From Heterodontus francisci (taxonomy: Eukaryota), in contig NC_090394.1 in the NCBI RefSeq assembly GCF_036365525.1, positions 68,110,741 through 68,174,740 on the forward strand: 64,000 nucleotides of DNA. The letters run 5' to 3'. Of the stretch, positions 1 to 12,803 are shown piece by piece. The notes under the pieces are model-generated. The model searched no databases. It saw only the letters and a program-made list of their open reading frames with translations, and was not told where the DNA came from. How positions within the stretch are numbered: the first letter of the stretch is position 1; every line of letters starts with the position of its first letter. The translations under genes and the position numbers were made by a program.

Positions 1-396
1 CACAATACAACTTCAGGATGACGTTCAGCCTTTGAGAGTCATATCACGTAGAACTTATTGTCTTTGCTGGACTCAGGCTCACACAAAACTAACGGAGCAA
101 CAGAAGAGGGATGGCAACGAGTGCAAAGGAACTGGAAAAAAAAATCCCCGCAGTGTGTTGCAAAGATCCCATTTAAGTACCACATAACAGAATCTTCAAC
201 TACTTCCAGACTAAATTCTAAACACGTATATACAACAGTGACTTCAATAGTAACTGGTAAAAATGATGCAAGCCAACAACTGCAGAAGTATTTTGCTTTC
301 CACCTCTCCCACTCTTGACCCAACCTTTTTGATTTTAATTTGAACGTCCTATTTACTTTTTTTTTACGTAACGAGTTGTTGCTCTGTGCAATGCTC

Positions 397-596
397 GAAA
401 GGGCGATGGAAGCAGATTCAATAGTAACTTTCAAAAGGGAATTGGATAAATACTTGAAGGGAAAAGATTTGCAGGGCTATGACGATAGAGCAGGGGAGTG
501 AAACTAATTGGATAGCTCAACCAAAGAGCTGCTACAGGCATGATGGGCTGAATGGCTTCCTTCTGTGCTGTGTCATTCTTTGATTCTATGATTCTC
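397..596 (+). mobile_element. CR1 (HER1-like) LINE 3' end
   Basis: End of ORF2 (..EADSIVTFKRELDKYLK..), then the CR1 3'UTR GGGCTGAATGGC-TTCTGTGCTG and a (GATTCTAT)-type tail. Confidence 0.85.
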
Positions 597-759
597 TGCA
601 TTTGGGAGGAGCCATAATACCACCTTCCTCAGGATAACTACGGTGTGTACTCAGAGTTAGCTCTCTGGATGTAAGTGAGGAATGGTGTGTGAGGATGCTC
701 TGAATTAATATGCAGGCTGTAACTGATATCTGCAACCTTATAACAGAAGAATTTCTCTT

Positions 760-943
760 CCTCGCTCATGTCCTTGTTGTTCAAGGCTTGCTAATCACGG
801 CTAATGCTACAATATCACTATGGGGCAAGGCAAGGAGGCAGACCCCAAGAGCTACCTCAACGAGTACAAAGATTGAATTTGCACCGTTGGCATTATTCTA
901 CACAATACTCTAACCATCTAGCCAACAGATCTAACTGACCCCA
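760..943 (-). mobile_element. Degraded tRNA-derived SINE remnant
   Basis: Minus strand reads GGGTCAGTTAGATCTGTTGGCTAGATGG...AATTCAATC, resembling a decayed A/B-box head. Confidence 0.35.
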
Positions 944-949
944 AAAAAA

Positions 950-1173
950 GAATTTACAGCACAGAAACAGAACATTTGGCCCAACAGTTTGTGCTGGTGT
1001 TCATGCTCCACATGAGCCACCTCCCACCCTTCTTAGTCTTATCCTATCACTATATCCTTCTATTCCTTTCTCCCTCATGCACTTATGTAGCTCTCCTTAA
1101 AGGAATTTATACTGTTCCTCAACTACTCCATGTGATAGTAAGTTCCTCATTCTAATCACTCTCTGGGTAAAGA
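950..1173 (-). mobile_element. CR1 LINE 3' end
   Basis: Reverse complement of the CR1 3' terminus (CTTTACCCAGAGAGTG..GGGCCAAATG..TTCTGTGCTGTAAATTCT). Confidence 0.8.
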
Positions 1174-2211
1174 ATACTTGAAATGCCTTCTTCATAAGCA
1201 TGGCTTAAAACATACAACAGCATTTGATTTTGACGTAATGCCCATATGGAGAATTTCTAGAGTCAGATAATAAGCAGTCAAGGCTGAGTTCTTTAGGTAG
1301 CGAAAGACCAATTTTGACACGTACATCAATTTCAGCATTGACCCAAACCACCAAGCAGAGGAAGGGAACTATTTCCAAATTGTTGCCTTCTCAGGAGTAC
1401 AAATCATCATAGTCTGTGCTCTTTTGCCATTTGTGTGCTCATTGTTATTTCAATAGGCCATTGATGTTACAGCAGAGACAGCCCATTCTGCCCATCAAGT
1501 CTGTACCAGTGTTTTTCTCCACATAAGCCATCTAGCCTAATCTCACTCTCTTGTTGACTTCCCATACTCTTGAATCTACAACCTTCTGACTCAAAGGCGA
1601 GAGTGGTATCACGTAGCCGTGGCTGACGTTTACAGAGGAGCAGGTTAAAATTCGGTACAGGGCGAAGTAGGCGGGCTGTCAGCAAATCCCATTGCAGTCA
1701 ACGGAAATAAAATATCACCTGTTTTAGACTATCACCCAATTATTATCCCAGTATGGTTGTCAAAGTACTACTGTCAACCAATCCGTATTGTAGCCACATC
1801 CTAGTTTTATTATTGTTTAAATGAAAAAAGGAGATTGGAATTGACATTAAATAAGAGTTTCAACATAATTTTTCCTTCATCATGCAAAAAATGAACATAT
1901 GTAATGTCCAATTAAATGACACAGTGACTAATGAAGTGCCTTCTGCTTTTTTCAGCACATAAAGCACTCCATTATTATACAATAATATCTATTTATAGAT
2001 GTTGTCGCATTTGCAATTCAAAACTAATGTGTGTCAAAATGAATTTAATACTTTTTTTTTACCTAGTTTCCGTATAATTTCAGTCTTAACTCTATGGAAG
2101 TAGAGTTAATTGATGTATTATGTTAGTTATAAGTTTTTAGAAATATAAATATGCTTTTATCATGAATGTAAATTGCAGTACACCAATCATAAATTGGTAG
2201 CTACCATTACC

Positions 2212-3623
2212 AGTGAGGGGTGACCTAATAGAGGTCTTTAAAATTATGAGGGAAAAATATCCCTTTTCCTTACTTTAGTTTGGACAAGACAACCAGTTTG
2301 GTGAGACAGGGATAACAGCCAAAGTATAGTTAATAAACTAGAATTTATTAAGATATACTTAACAATGGGCAATGAGCAACGACTGTCCACGGGTCCTTGC
2401 TTTCCCGAAACTGTTGGACTCTCGAGGATGTTCTCCCCTTTGTAGTAGTAGTAGAGTACCTCGGACAGGCTCCGGGGATTTTTATACAGTTCTAATCACT
2501 TATTCTGGTGATTCAGCCTCTGGTCTAATACATCTATTTTTGGCCTTAGGTTCATTAGTTGCGTTCCCATTGATTGCTTATTACTCATTTTCTTGTTAAT
2601 GACGAAGCCCCTTCCCCAATTGACATTTTCAGTCGGGCCCAGCAGTCTGGTTAATCACATTATTCATTACATTATTTGTACACAGGGAACATATTCCACT
2701 CTTCATATTATACCTCTGTCATCTGACTTCTCTGATTATTCACACTGTCTGATCGCGTAACACTGTTGACCCTTACTTTAAGCAAGCTGTAATTTCCCAA
2801 TGGTTGCATATGTCTAAAGCTAACTCTATAGTTACTGAAGGTTCATACACATTTAATCATACAAAAGCATAAGGTTTACCCACAGTATCAGAATGACAGC
2901 ATACTGTCTTATAGAGAGGTAGTATAAGGTGGACAAGGATTACAATAGGTGCTTCAGCTTAAACACGACCCACTAGATTCATGATTTCTCCTACCAGATT
3001 TTGTAAAATTAACCAACTCCTTCCATTCATACGATTAATATAATCAATCGCCTATCTACAGTTACGTCAGCAGACCGTTACACATAATCATGGCCATCTC
3101 CTGGATTACAATCGACAAAGTTAGTATATGCGGCCAGTGTAACCATTCAACTGTCTTCTTCCTGTGTCTTATTGTTAAACTATACATTCCGCAGACAGCC
3201 TCAATGATTTTAAACAGTTCTAATTTCCATCTAATCATTCTGAATTGTTCTAACTTCTTACCTTTTGTCTCTTTATAAATGTCTAGTTTCCTAAACATGC
3301 TATCCTTAATCATTGCATGACATCCTTTATTTGCGCCTAACTTAATCAATACAAACAGCTCTTCACATATCAGCAGTTAACTCTTTACTTACCAAAAAGC
3401 CACACAAACATTTATAAAGTACATTACCTAAAATTCAAGGAAAAATCTATAAAAACCCTTATTTCTTACAAGGGGTTTGATCGCATAGATGCAGAGAAGA
3501 TGTTCCTACTTGTAGGGCAGTCCAAAAGTAGAGATGATATATATAAGATAAATAATCCAATAAGGAATTCAAGAGACACCTTGTTACCCAGAGAGTGAAT
3601 AGGATGTGGAACTTGTTACCAGA
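2212..3623 (+). mobile_element. CR1 ORF2 3' fragment split by an LTR insertion (pieces 2212-2248 and 3470-3623)
   Basis: RGDLIEVFKIM at 2216-2248 continues as KGFDRIDAEKMF at 3470; the uninterrupted homologue is at ~60490-60550. Confidence 0.85.
2247..3470 (-). mobile_element. ~1.2 kb solo LTR (ERV/LTR retroelement)
   Basis: Cleanly interrupts a CR1; TG...CA termini with short imperfect inverted repeat (TGTAAGAAATA / TGAGGGAAAAATA); minus-strand TATAAAAA at ~2479-2486 and AATAAA at 2344-2349 in U3-R-U5 order. Confidence 0.7.
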
Positions 3624-6600
3624 AGAAGGCACCTCCCGTTCCAAATAACATGTCAAATCTGGTCCATGACTCTTGTTTAATCATATAGGAGAAGATACTG
3701 TAATTATTTTCCTACTTCCTTAAAAATGGGTAAGCAGAACACCACAATATTTCCACTTGCATCACAGTTATTCAGCTTAAGTTGGTGGACTTCCATGAAG
3801 GACATTTCTATGGTCCGAGCAACAATTGACCCACCATACATCTTGCAACTTAGATAACATAAGGGAAACCAAGCTTATTGTCGACCTGCGGGTTGTTAAG
3901 AAAAAAACATAATCATTCCAGTCTTGGTCCTGTGTGAAACCATATGAGAATTAAGCTGGAGAAAGCAGTCCTAATTTTCTGCCTCCTAAGCAGCTGATCA
4001 ATGAAACATGGATTGTTGCTGAGCCACTCCATCTTACAAGAGAAGGAAGACGGTCATACCTGACAGGAAACTGCAGATGGTAAATACAAAACTCATGAAA
4101 CTATTTTATATCACAAGGATTCCACTGAAGCAAAAAGAGAAAGTGAGGTTCTGCTGTTCAAGGACTATACTTGGACCACAAAACAGATATGAAGAGAACA
4201 ACACCTAGTATATTGAAGTACATTCTATCATGTGTATGTTAAAACTTTGGGTTAAGATAGACGATACAAGAAAACCAAGTAAACTCCAGTATTAACATAT
4301 AAAGTTGCATTGGAGAAATGCTTAGAGGAAAGCCTGGATCCAACTGGCATGAGCATTGAGCTTCATTTGACAAAAATATGTAACACAAATATCTACCTGC
4401 CTGATTGCCTTTTAGTGTAAGCACAAGTTGTACCCCTCAAGGTTACAAAATACATAACATAAAGGTTTTTGACCCATTGGGCAATATTCTATCCCTCTCT
4501 TGGGAGAAGCAACTCTGCGCTGCCCAGTGACTCCTTCTGTTACTTCAGTTCCAAGGGAGTTGTTGGAGAGCCTTACTCTATCACTGTGTGGCACTTATGG
4601 ACTGGGACATTGTGCTATTCGAATTGATTAACGATGGTTCTGAAATGCAACTTACCTCTACTAACAAATGGAAATCACATATCTTGCCTATTGAATTAAT
4701 CAATTTGGAAAAGACCGAATTTTCCACACAAGCAATTCCCATCTTATCATTAGATTTTGAACATAGGTGTGCCTTTTTTACCTCAGAAAATCTGTTTGGA
4801 TTTTTCGTTACATAGTCTTCCTTGATGAAAAAAATGGGTTCACTGAGTAGAGCTGCAGTTGTATTGGAAGCTGCGGGTTCAAATCCTGTGAGGTGCTGTG
4901 ATGAATCATATAACCTAAGGTATGAAAAAATACACTCATTACAAATAAACATTTTCTATTTTCAGCTAGCTCTGGAATCATTTGGAATCATGTGAAGCTC
5001 TCCATCTTGTGAACCTTTAGTTCCAGCACTGATTGTATTGAGTCGGGAAAAAACACTTTCATGAGCAATTTTGCTTGATTATGCACTTTATAAACTAAGC
5101 TACAGGGATCCCCTCAGGTAACTCAATGCATGAAGTAGGCCAACCTTTGCTTTTTAGCTCTTATTTAATTAGTACCTTACTCCTTGTTCAGTAGTAGGCT
5201 TGGAATTCATCGTCACTGAGGAGCTAATAAGTGCATGCATAGAATAATGGTCTTTACTTAATGAAGGATCAGTCAAGAGGATAAAGCTGACATATGTTCA
5301 GCTGAGTTTTCCTCGGAGCACCAAAATCTATAAAAATATGAACACTGTGTTTCAAAATAAATGATGTTCTGCAGTATCCAAAATATTAAACAATTGAGGT
5401 AATTATGGCAGGAATAAAGTGTTAATTTGTACATTCTGGCGTTCAGATGTGGAAGATTTAGATTTAAACAGTGTGATCAATACTAATGCTGGGATTGTAA
5501 ACTGCTAGTGTAATGAGCTGATTACTCTGAGCCTGGTGAGTATTTAGGCCACAAACATATTTGTATGGATTTGGTCCTATAATTCTCATCTAGGTATTCA
5601 GATACTATCTTCGAGAAGATGAATGTAATTATGAGGAGGTTACGTTGGGAACAAGAGCATGAAGTGCCAAGAACAGTAGTCGGCAATTGTTTCCCCTGGT
5701 GAACAATAGTAAGTGAAAGGTTGAGGTTTAAATCAGGGCCATATCTCTGGAGGCAGAGAGAAGAAAACAAAGAAATAAGGAGGAATCAATGTGGATATTG
5801 ATCTCCCGCAACACAAGAACCCCATTTGATAAAGCAGAGCTTGACAGAGTGCAAAGCAACGCTGTGCATTTCAGTCATCAAGAAAAGCAACCTTAACACC
5901 ATGCTGGCATTCCAAGTGATACCATCTACAATAGTACAAAATCAGAAACAATAATGTTGGTAAGAATATAAATTTCCTAAAAATAAATTTTGTCTGTACC
6001 AATAAATTTTTAACTTCTGTAAGCAGAAAAGAAGTGGAGAGTAAATCAACAGTGGGCAAGTTTCCCAAATACAATATATATTCAAAGAACTGCAAGAGAT
6101 AAGATAGGATCATGCACCCTTTAACAATTCAAGGAACCATCCATCTCTCATATTTCTAATGTGTGACTGCTGTGATCTCTCAGTGAAGTTCACACAATTA
6201 TATAGATAAATGAATCACCACATATCATATCCAATCGCTTCATCTTCCTCTGCTTTGTCCCATGAAAAAGCATAACTTTGATTAATCACTGCTTGAACTA
6301 CTTTCCAAGAACACAAATGTCAGACTAAAATTTCTGAGAAAGGCTTTGGGATGATCAGGGCTGTTCTAGCAGATTGTCCAATATTTAAGGAGTATCTTTG
6401 TAAGCAGAATTCAGAGTGTTTCTCACAAGCTGTTGAATCTCGTTGATTAGGATTGAGACCAATTGATTGTGGTTTTAAAGTTTGTTTCATACTTGGGGCG
6501 CTCGTATCTTAACATAAATATAACTCCCATGGAGTAGTTTTGCAACTTGTTGTTTGGGTGTACAATTGGCATTGCAGTTTTAGAAACCAACTGATTTTCA

Positions 6601-9600
6601 TTTCCAATAAAATAGGAAATAGAGAATGGACAGTTTCTATAATGGTGATGAGGTGGGGGGAGAATGACGTAGGGGACTAATCATCTGTTTTATACTTGGG
6701 CAGCATTGAATATCTGTCCCCTTTCTGATCATAATCATAATGCCTAGCATTTGCTGCATGTTGATGGCTCTTTAATGAGGCTGCGTGGTATGTCTAGGCA
6801 GACCTGTCCTCCTTCAGTACAGAGCCACGCACCTATTCAGTCGCAAACATTTCCTGGCTTGTGGTTTTGATGAATGAGATGAATGTCCTGAATAAGTAAG
6901 TCTATATCAGTGAATCGCAAGACAGTGGAAAAATCACTTTCCCGGTAGGGTTTGGTTTTCGAGCACTTCTAGAAAATGCCACTAAACCATAGAAAATAAT
7001 GACTAAAATTATGTAATGGTACTGAGCTATGATGGCACCAGTGCACAGATTTTAATGCCAAAGTTTTTGGATTTGTTGCTGATGATTGAGTAACACATAA
7101 TATATTCTTGAGTATGTTATAATGCTGCTCCTACCTGGCTATATCTCTGATATAATTATCTATAAGTCATTTCAAGTATGGAGAGATGGAGTAGGAGTCA
7201 CATCTGTTTTTAATCACTGGATGTGATGTATCCAGTGTCAGTGATCTCATGAGGTGGACAATGATGTAAAGTGTTTCATTACACAGATCCATTTTGAAAC
7301 ATTATTATTTATGTGTAACAAGGAGTAAAGGCATATAACTAAAACATGAAAAAGCAGGACATCCATCCACAGTACTTCAAGATAAACCCTATCTTGCATA
7401 TCTTTGAAATATTTGGGCTCTTTGTCCGAAAAGTACCTTTGTGTGAAACTACTGTAGAAAAGCATGAAGTTGCTGAAATGTAACGCATCACCAAATGCAA
7501 TCCTTAGGCACCTATTAGTAACAAATGAAAACTGTTGCATCAGATTAAAATTGCAACAATATTATGGAATTGTCTATCGTTGAGGTCCTTCGTTCTGTTT
7601 TCACGAAAGATTACAGTACATCTAACATGAAAAGATTTAAAGTGAATGCATCTCTCAAGATTGAAAAACATAGCTCTGGGCTCAGCGTTTGATGTCAATT
7701 TAGCATGTGGCACAATATTGCTGATTTCTGTTGACATGTGTAAATTGATTTTTCAATTCAGCTGTAATATCCTGACCATAAACCTGTTTTTCATGTGCAA
7801 CTTAACAAAGATAAAGCAGATAATTATGTCAGCATTCAGATCTATTAGATGCTGTAACAATATTTGAAGGAAATCTTTTTAATTTCTGACTTTCCTTTAA
7901 ATGGTTGATTCTGAATTAATAAGTAGCAAATAAAATGGATTGTTTTCATTATAAATTCCAGAAAATCATTTGTATCTTTATTTAATAATTGAAAACATAA
8001 CCTAATAAAGAATGGTGAATAATGGCATTTTCTAAAGGAATGATTATATATTCTGTTTTAGTGATAATGGTTTAATAATTTGCTTTGTTTATATTATAAC
8101 TTCCAATTCACTAAGACCGTATCATTCCATTAATATGAATTATCTCATTTCTGTAAGCCTAGAATCCAATCAGGCTTGAATTGTTGGCTACTTTGCTATA
8201 AGCAATTTTATCCAGTCTGATTAACATATATTCATAGGAAATAATATACAATACTTTGCTACTTCCACTTTGCTGGTCCAAAGCAAGCCACCTTAGATCA
8301 CTGCATATCTTCCATGTGGTCTTTCTTTGTTCAGCATCTGTAGGAAATTCTAAACATCACTAAAACAATTTGATCCTATAAACAAAAACTTTTGGTCGAT
8401 GTACCAACCCCATATGTGGTTGAGAAATTCCTATCAGCTGATCCCTTGCCATACCAACCATTAAGCGTTGCTCAGAAAAGCTGATGATGTCAACATGTTT
8501 AGAAATATTCTGTGATTTATCATCAGTAAATGGCTCCAACTTTCAGTGAGGAATACAATATGGTGTTAAACTTTCTTTAGTGGAAGGATTAATCCTCTGT
8601 TCTGTCCTGCCTGCGCTAGTTTACTCCTGAACTGGAGTAGGCACAGCCTAACATGTGGGAAATTTCAGATCAACAACTAGAAAGAGCCAACAACTGTCCA
8701 AACATGTAAAACTATTTGTCCCTGTGTTGGCAGATTATGTATCCAAATAGAGACATATAAATTAGAGGGTTAGTCACCTAGATCATGGTTTAACCACCTC
8801 TAATAGTGGTGGTTGTGAGGTACTGGGTCCAAGTTCAACTTGTTCTGTTGACTGTGAAGAACCAAATAAAATAACTGACACAAAAGCCCTCCAAAATATT
8901 GTGAGCTCCCATGTTACTGCAGGAATTAGTCCAATTCATTACTGAGAACCTTTGTTCTTTGAATACAAGTTTTATCTGTGTGGAAAGAAGGCCGACTATG
9001 CTTGAATTTTACCTGCTGCCATCTTGAGCCATTAGTCTGACCTGCTGCTTCCCAGTAAAGCCATTCCTCTGAGCTGTGACGGTAGCTTCTTGATGCTGGA
9101 AGGCAAATGTGCTGTAATTTACTTCTCGCCACAGCATCAACTTAAGTTGCACATTTTGGAGAGAACACCCATAGGGTTTCAGGCACCTCCCCTAGTTCCC
9201 CATAGCCTAACTCAGCCAAATGCTCTCCTGCTTCAAAGATATTTTCTAGTCTCGTTTGCCTTACATTGATCATTCTAAACCTCACCAAACTTTATGACAT
9301 TAAAAGACACTGATGCATAGTATGAATGTTAATCTTCAAACCTCATGACAGCTGAATGAGTCATAAGTTCAGTTACCTCATACAGTCAGCCATTCAATTT
9401 TGTTATGTCCTAAGGTAAACATACATGGTTTAAAGGCACCAGAGAGCTATTACCAAGATTTCCACAGGCATTCACCCACACAAGGCAACATTAGCTATAC
9501 TGAGATGGATTTACATGAGATTACTTTGTAAACCCCATGGCAAGATGTACACCCAACACTCAATACATAATATAAATAGAATAAATATAAATTGTTTTCC

Positions 9601-10233
9601 TTTCCCCATTGCTATGCCAATTCATCTGACAATGTAATACTCTATTCAGCTCAGTAAATTTGTTTTAAATAAATAAACTGTTTTGCAACATAATTATATT
9701 CAGCCCATAGTACTATTGTTTAATAAAGATTCTCATTAAAATTCTGATAGATATGTAAGGCAGTGAAATTTCTGGTAAGCCTCCAACTACAAAGAAAATA
9801 TTTAAATAACAGTATTATTCTGCTTTATAATTTATGTTTTGGAATAGTTCTGTAGGGCACATTGGCATGCAATTGGCAATGTTATTTAGGCAAAATGTTC
9901 ACTTAACATTCTAAAGCTTAATAATGATACAGTTTGTGCTTTCCAATATGCACTTAAATACTGTACTCTGAAATCAGGAATAAATGTCATCATCTGACAT
10001 TGGCATTTATCAAAGTATCTAGAAAAGCGTAACTAATTTTAATAACAGTACATGTTTGAATTTTGGCAGTACAGTATTATTTAAAGTGCATCCCTGCTCT
10101 GTGAAGTTAGAGCAGAAGAAGCACTATCAGGCCTGTTTCCATCAACCTAGTGCTCTAGGTAATTAGTGTGTACTCATCCAGTTGGTTATCCACTGCCAGT
10201 TCCAGCCAGAGAGTCAATGTCTGACTATACACA

Positions 10234-10525
10234 GCAACAAATGCTTGCATTTATATAAGCACCTTTAATCTAGTTAAATATCCAAAGGCACTTCACATGA
10301 GTGTAACCAGACTAACTTTGACACTGAGCCAAAAATAATGGCTTTGGTCTTCCTAAAATTTAATTGGAGGGAAGTTCAGTTCATCCAATACTGGATATTG
10401 GACAAGCAACATGTCAAATCAAAGGTAGTGGAGGGGTCGAGAGAGGTGGTGGTGAGAGGTAGGTATCGTCAGCGTGAATATTGTGTTTTCGGATAATGTT
10501 GCCGTGGGTCAGCAGGTAGATGAGC
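10234..10525 (-). mobile_element. L2 LINE fragments (3' tail joined to an internal piece)
   Basis: Tail matches the other L2 tails here (AAAGGTGCT-ATATAAATGCAAG), followed by RT-region-like sequence. Confidence 0.6.
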
Positions 10526-11289
10526 TTGGGAAAATCTCTGTCCAGGTGTGTATATCAGAACTCACTCCTGGACATGGCTGGTTATGATTCCAGCATGGCA
10601 GGAGCCAGCCATTCTGAACAAAGATGTGTCTGACTGGAACCAAAAGTACAAAAACTAATAGCTGCACTACGAATTTCCCCACTACTGCTGATGCTGGGTG
10701 TCAGAAATGCTCTGCTAGGCACAAAAATTTTCCTAACATTGTAAATTATAGAAATTTAAATTGAAGGACAGCAAGATGAATGGGAATAATGTCAAAGCAA
10801 TTGTTTTCACTTTGGGTTGGTTCTGTTGTTGATATTGTCATCGGAATATCCAGTTACTGCCAAGTATTCGTTGTCCGCTATGTACTTCTCCCATTTCCTT
10901 ACTTTTAATTTCCTCTGTCATGCATAACTGTTCACTTCCACTTTGACTTTCACCAACTGTGAGGATGATCATAAGTGTTACGGACTTCTTCAGGACTTTG
11001 GCTGCTCATGTCATACGGGAGAGTGGAATGGGTGAAGTGTTAGCTTTTCCCCACAGTGTAATCCCCAGTAGCCTATCAGTTGTTGAGATTCATCATAAAT
11101 CTGACTGACAGCTTCAAATGTCAGTCACCAATGGGAATTCAGTGAAGCAATGAAAGTAAGCTCCATTGCAGCTCAAGAAGTCACAGGAGTAGGTTTAATA
11201 GAACAAAGTTCTGTATTTTCCTTCTAAAATCTTCTTACCTCTTCTCCTGACGACTTGTGGCAATGTTGGCTTTGGGTGCATATTTTTGC

Positions 11290-11435
11290 ATAGTATTACA
11301 TAGAATGTACAACACAGAAACAGGCCATCTGACCCGACTGGCACATGCAGGTGTATACACTCCACATGAGCTTCTCTGCACCCTAGTTCATCTAATCCTG
11401 TCAGCATACCCTTCTGTTCCTTTCTCCTTACTGTC
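11290..11435 (-). mobile_element. CR1 3'UTR fragment
   Basis: Same terminus as the 950-1173 element. Confidence 0.7.
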
Positions 11436-12167
11436 CATGTCCAGTAGGATCCCAATGAGCATATTAAAGTAAGGTGCCAACCATTTCGGGTGGAAGCACT
11501 GGTCACCTGTTTTCGGGCCTGCTCTAAACTCATGATATTGGCTGCACTATCACCCGACTCCCACCCAAAATGCAATATTCATCATGGACGCTGACAATCG
11601 CTTGAGCGCTTTTTGCAATAATGGGCAAATGCTATACATAAAAAGGCATCTCTGATGGCACTTAAGATTATTTCTTGGATCAGTCCAAATATACACAATG
11701 ATGATAGGTTGCAAAATTTTTAAGTTAAAACAGGGGCCGATGAGTGCCGAGTTTAGATTGTGGTCCTGGATGATTGTTCTGGCTGCATGAGTAATTGACA
11801 TTTGGCATCATAAAACAATGTTGCATGTACTTCTGTCACAACTCAAACACCAAGTGAGTGGAAAATTATCATTTAAACTGGCGTAAGGGCGCAAATCATG
11901 CAGTCTTTCATCACTGCCATAATACAAACCAGTTTAAAGACTAACCCATCTGTCATCTGGAGCTGGTAACATGTGACGTATAATGGATTGATTCCTTCCA
12001 ACAGTGAAATTTTTCATTTTCCAGTCTATCATGTCAGGCAGCGTTTGACTTAAAGACATGTTTGCTTTTAAAACACTAACCCCCTCAGTTACAGGGTTTA
12101 CAAGATAACAATATCCTAATATGCTTGCCAGGATGGATTTTACAGGTTTGATGATCAGGTAAAAAGG

Positions 12168-12580
12168 AAGACTTGCATTTATATAGTGCCTTTCACAACC
12201 TCAGGAGATCTGAAACACTGTGCAGTTTTGAAGTATAGTCACTGACATGTAGGAAATGTGGCAGCCAATTTGCACACAGTAAGATCCCACAAACAGCAAT
12301 GTGATAATGACCAGATTATCTGTTTTTAATAATGCTGATTGAGAGATAAATATTGTCCAGGAATTCCTTTCCTGCCCTTCTTTGAAATATTGCTGTGGGA
12401 CCCTTTACATCCACCTGACAGTGCAGATGGGTCCTCAGTTTAACGTTTCAACATTGCTGCACTCCCTCAATACTGCACTGGAGTGTCAGCCTAGTTTTTT
12501 TGCTTAAATCTCTGGAGTGGAATTTGACCCCACAACCTTCTGGCTCACGGGCGAGCAACCCAGAACTGAGCCACAGCTGA
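12168..12580 (-). mobile_element. DeuSINE (SacSINE1-like) SINE
   Basis: tRNA-like head (GTGGCTCAGT..GGGTCAAATTCC), Deu-like body (GTTAAACTGAG..CAGGTGGATGTAAAGG..), L2-type tail AAAGGCACTATATAAATGCAAGTC. Confidence 0.75.
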
Positions 12581-12803
12581 TGCTACTAAAGGTAAGCTCC
12601 AGGACAGTATAAATACAGTGTATACCAGATTTGATTGAAACACTTAGATCTATTTGCTACAATGCATTCCAAGGTGGCTAGTTGCACCGTGCAATCATGT
12701 GGCCTAAATAGGATCTCAAGAGCTCTGAGAGGATCACAGGGAGAATCAAAATCGGTTTAATGTTCTTAATTGTGTCATCAGTGAACCTATTTTAAAGGGG
12801 TAC

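Noticed and set aside
3790-4830. Coding-like stretch (possible endogenous viral element or host exon)
   Set aside because: Stops in all plus frames examined; only a faint resemblance to an RTE C-terminus (DG..ILY..KR..FKD at ~4075-4170), too weak to call
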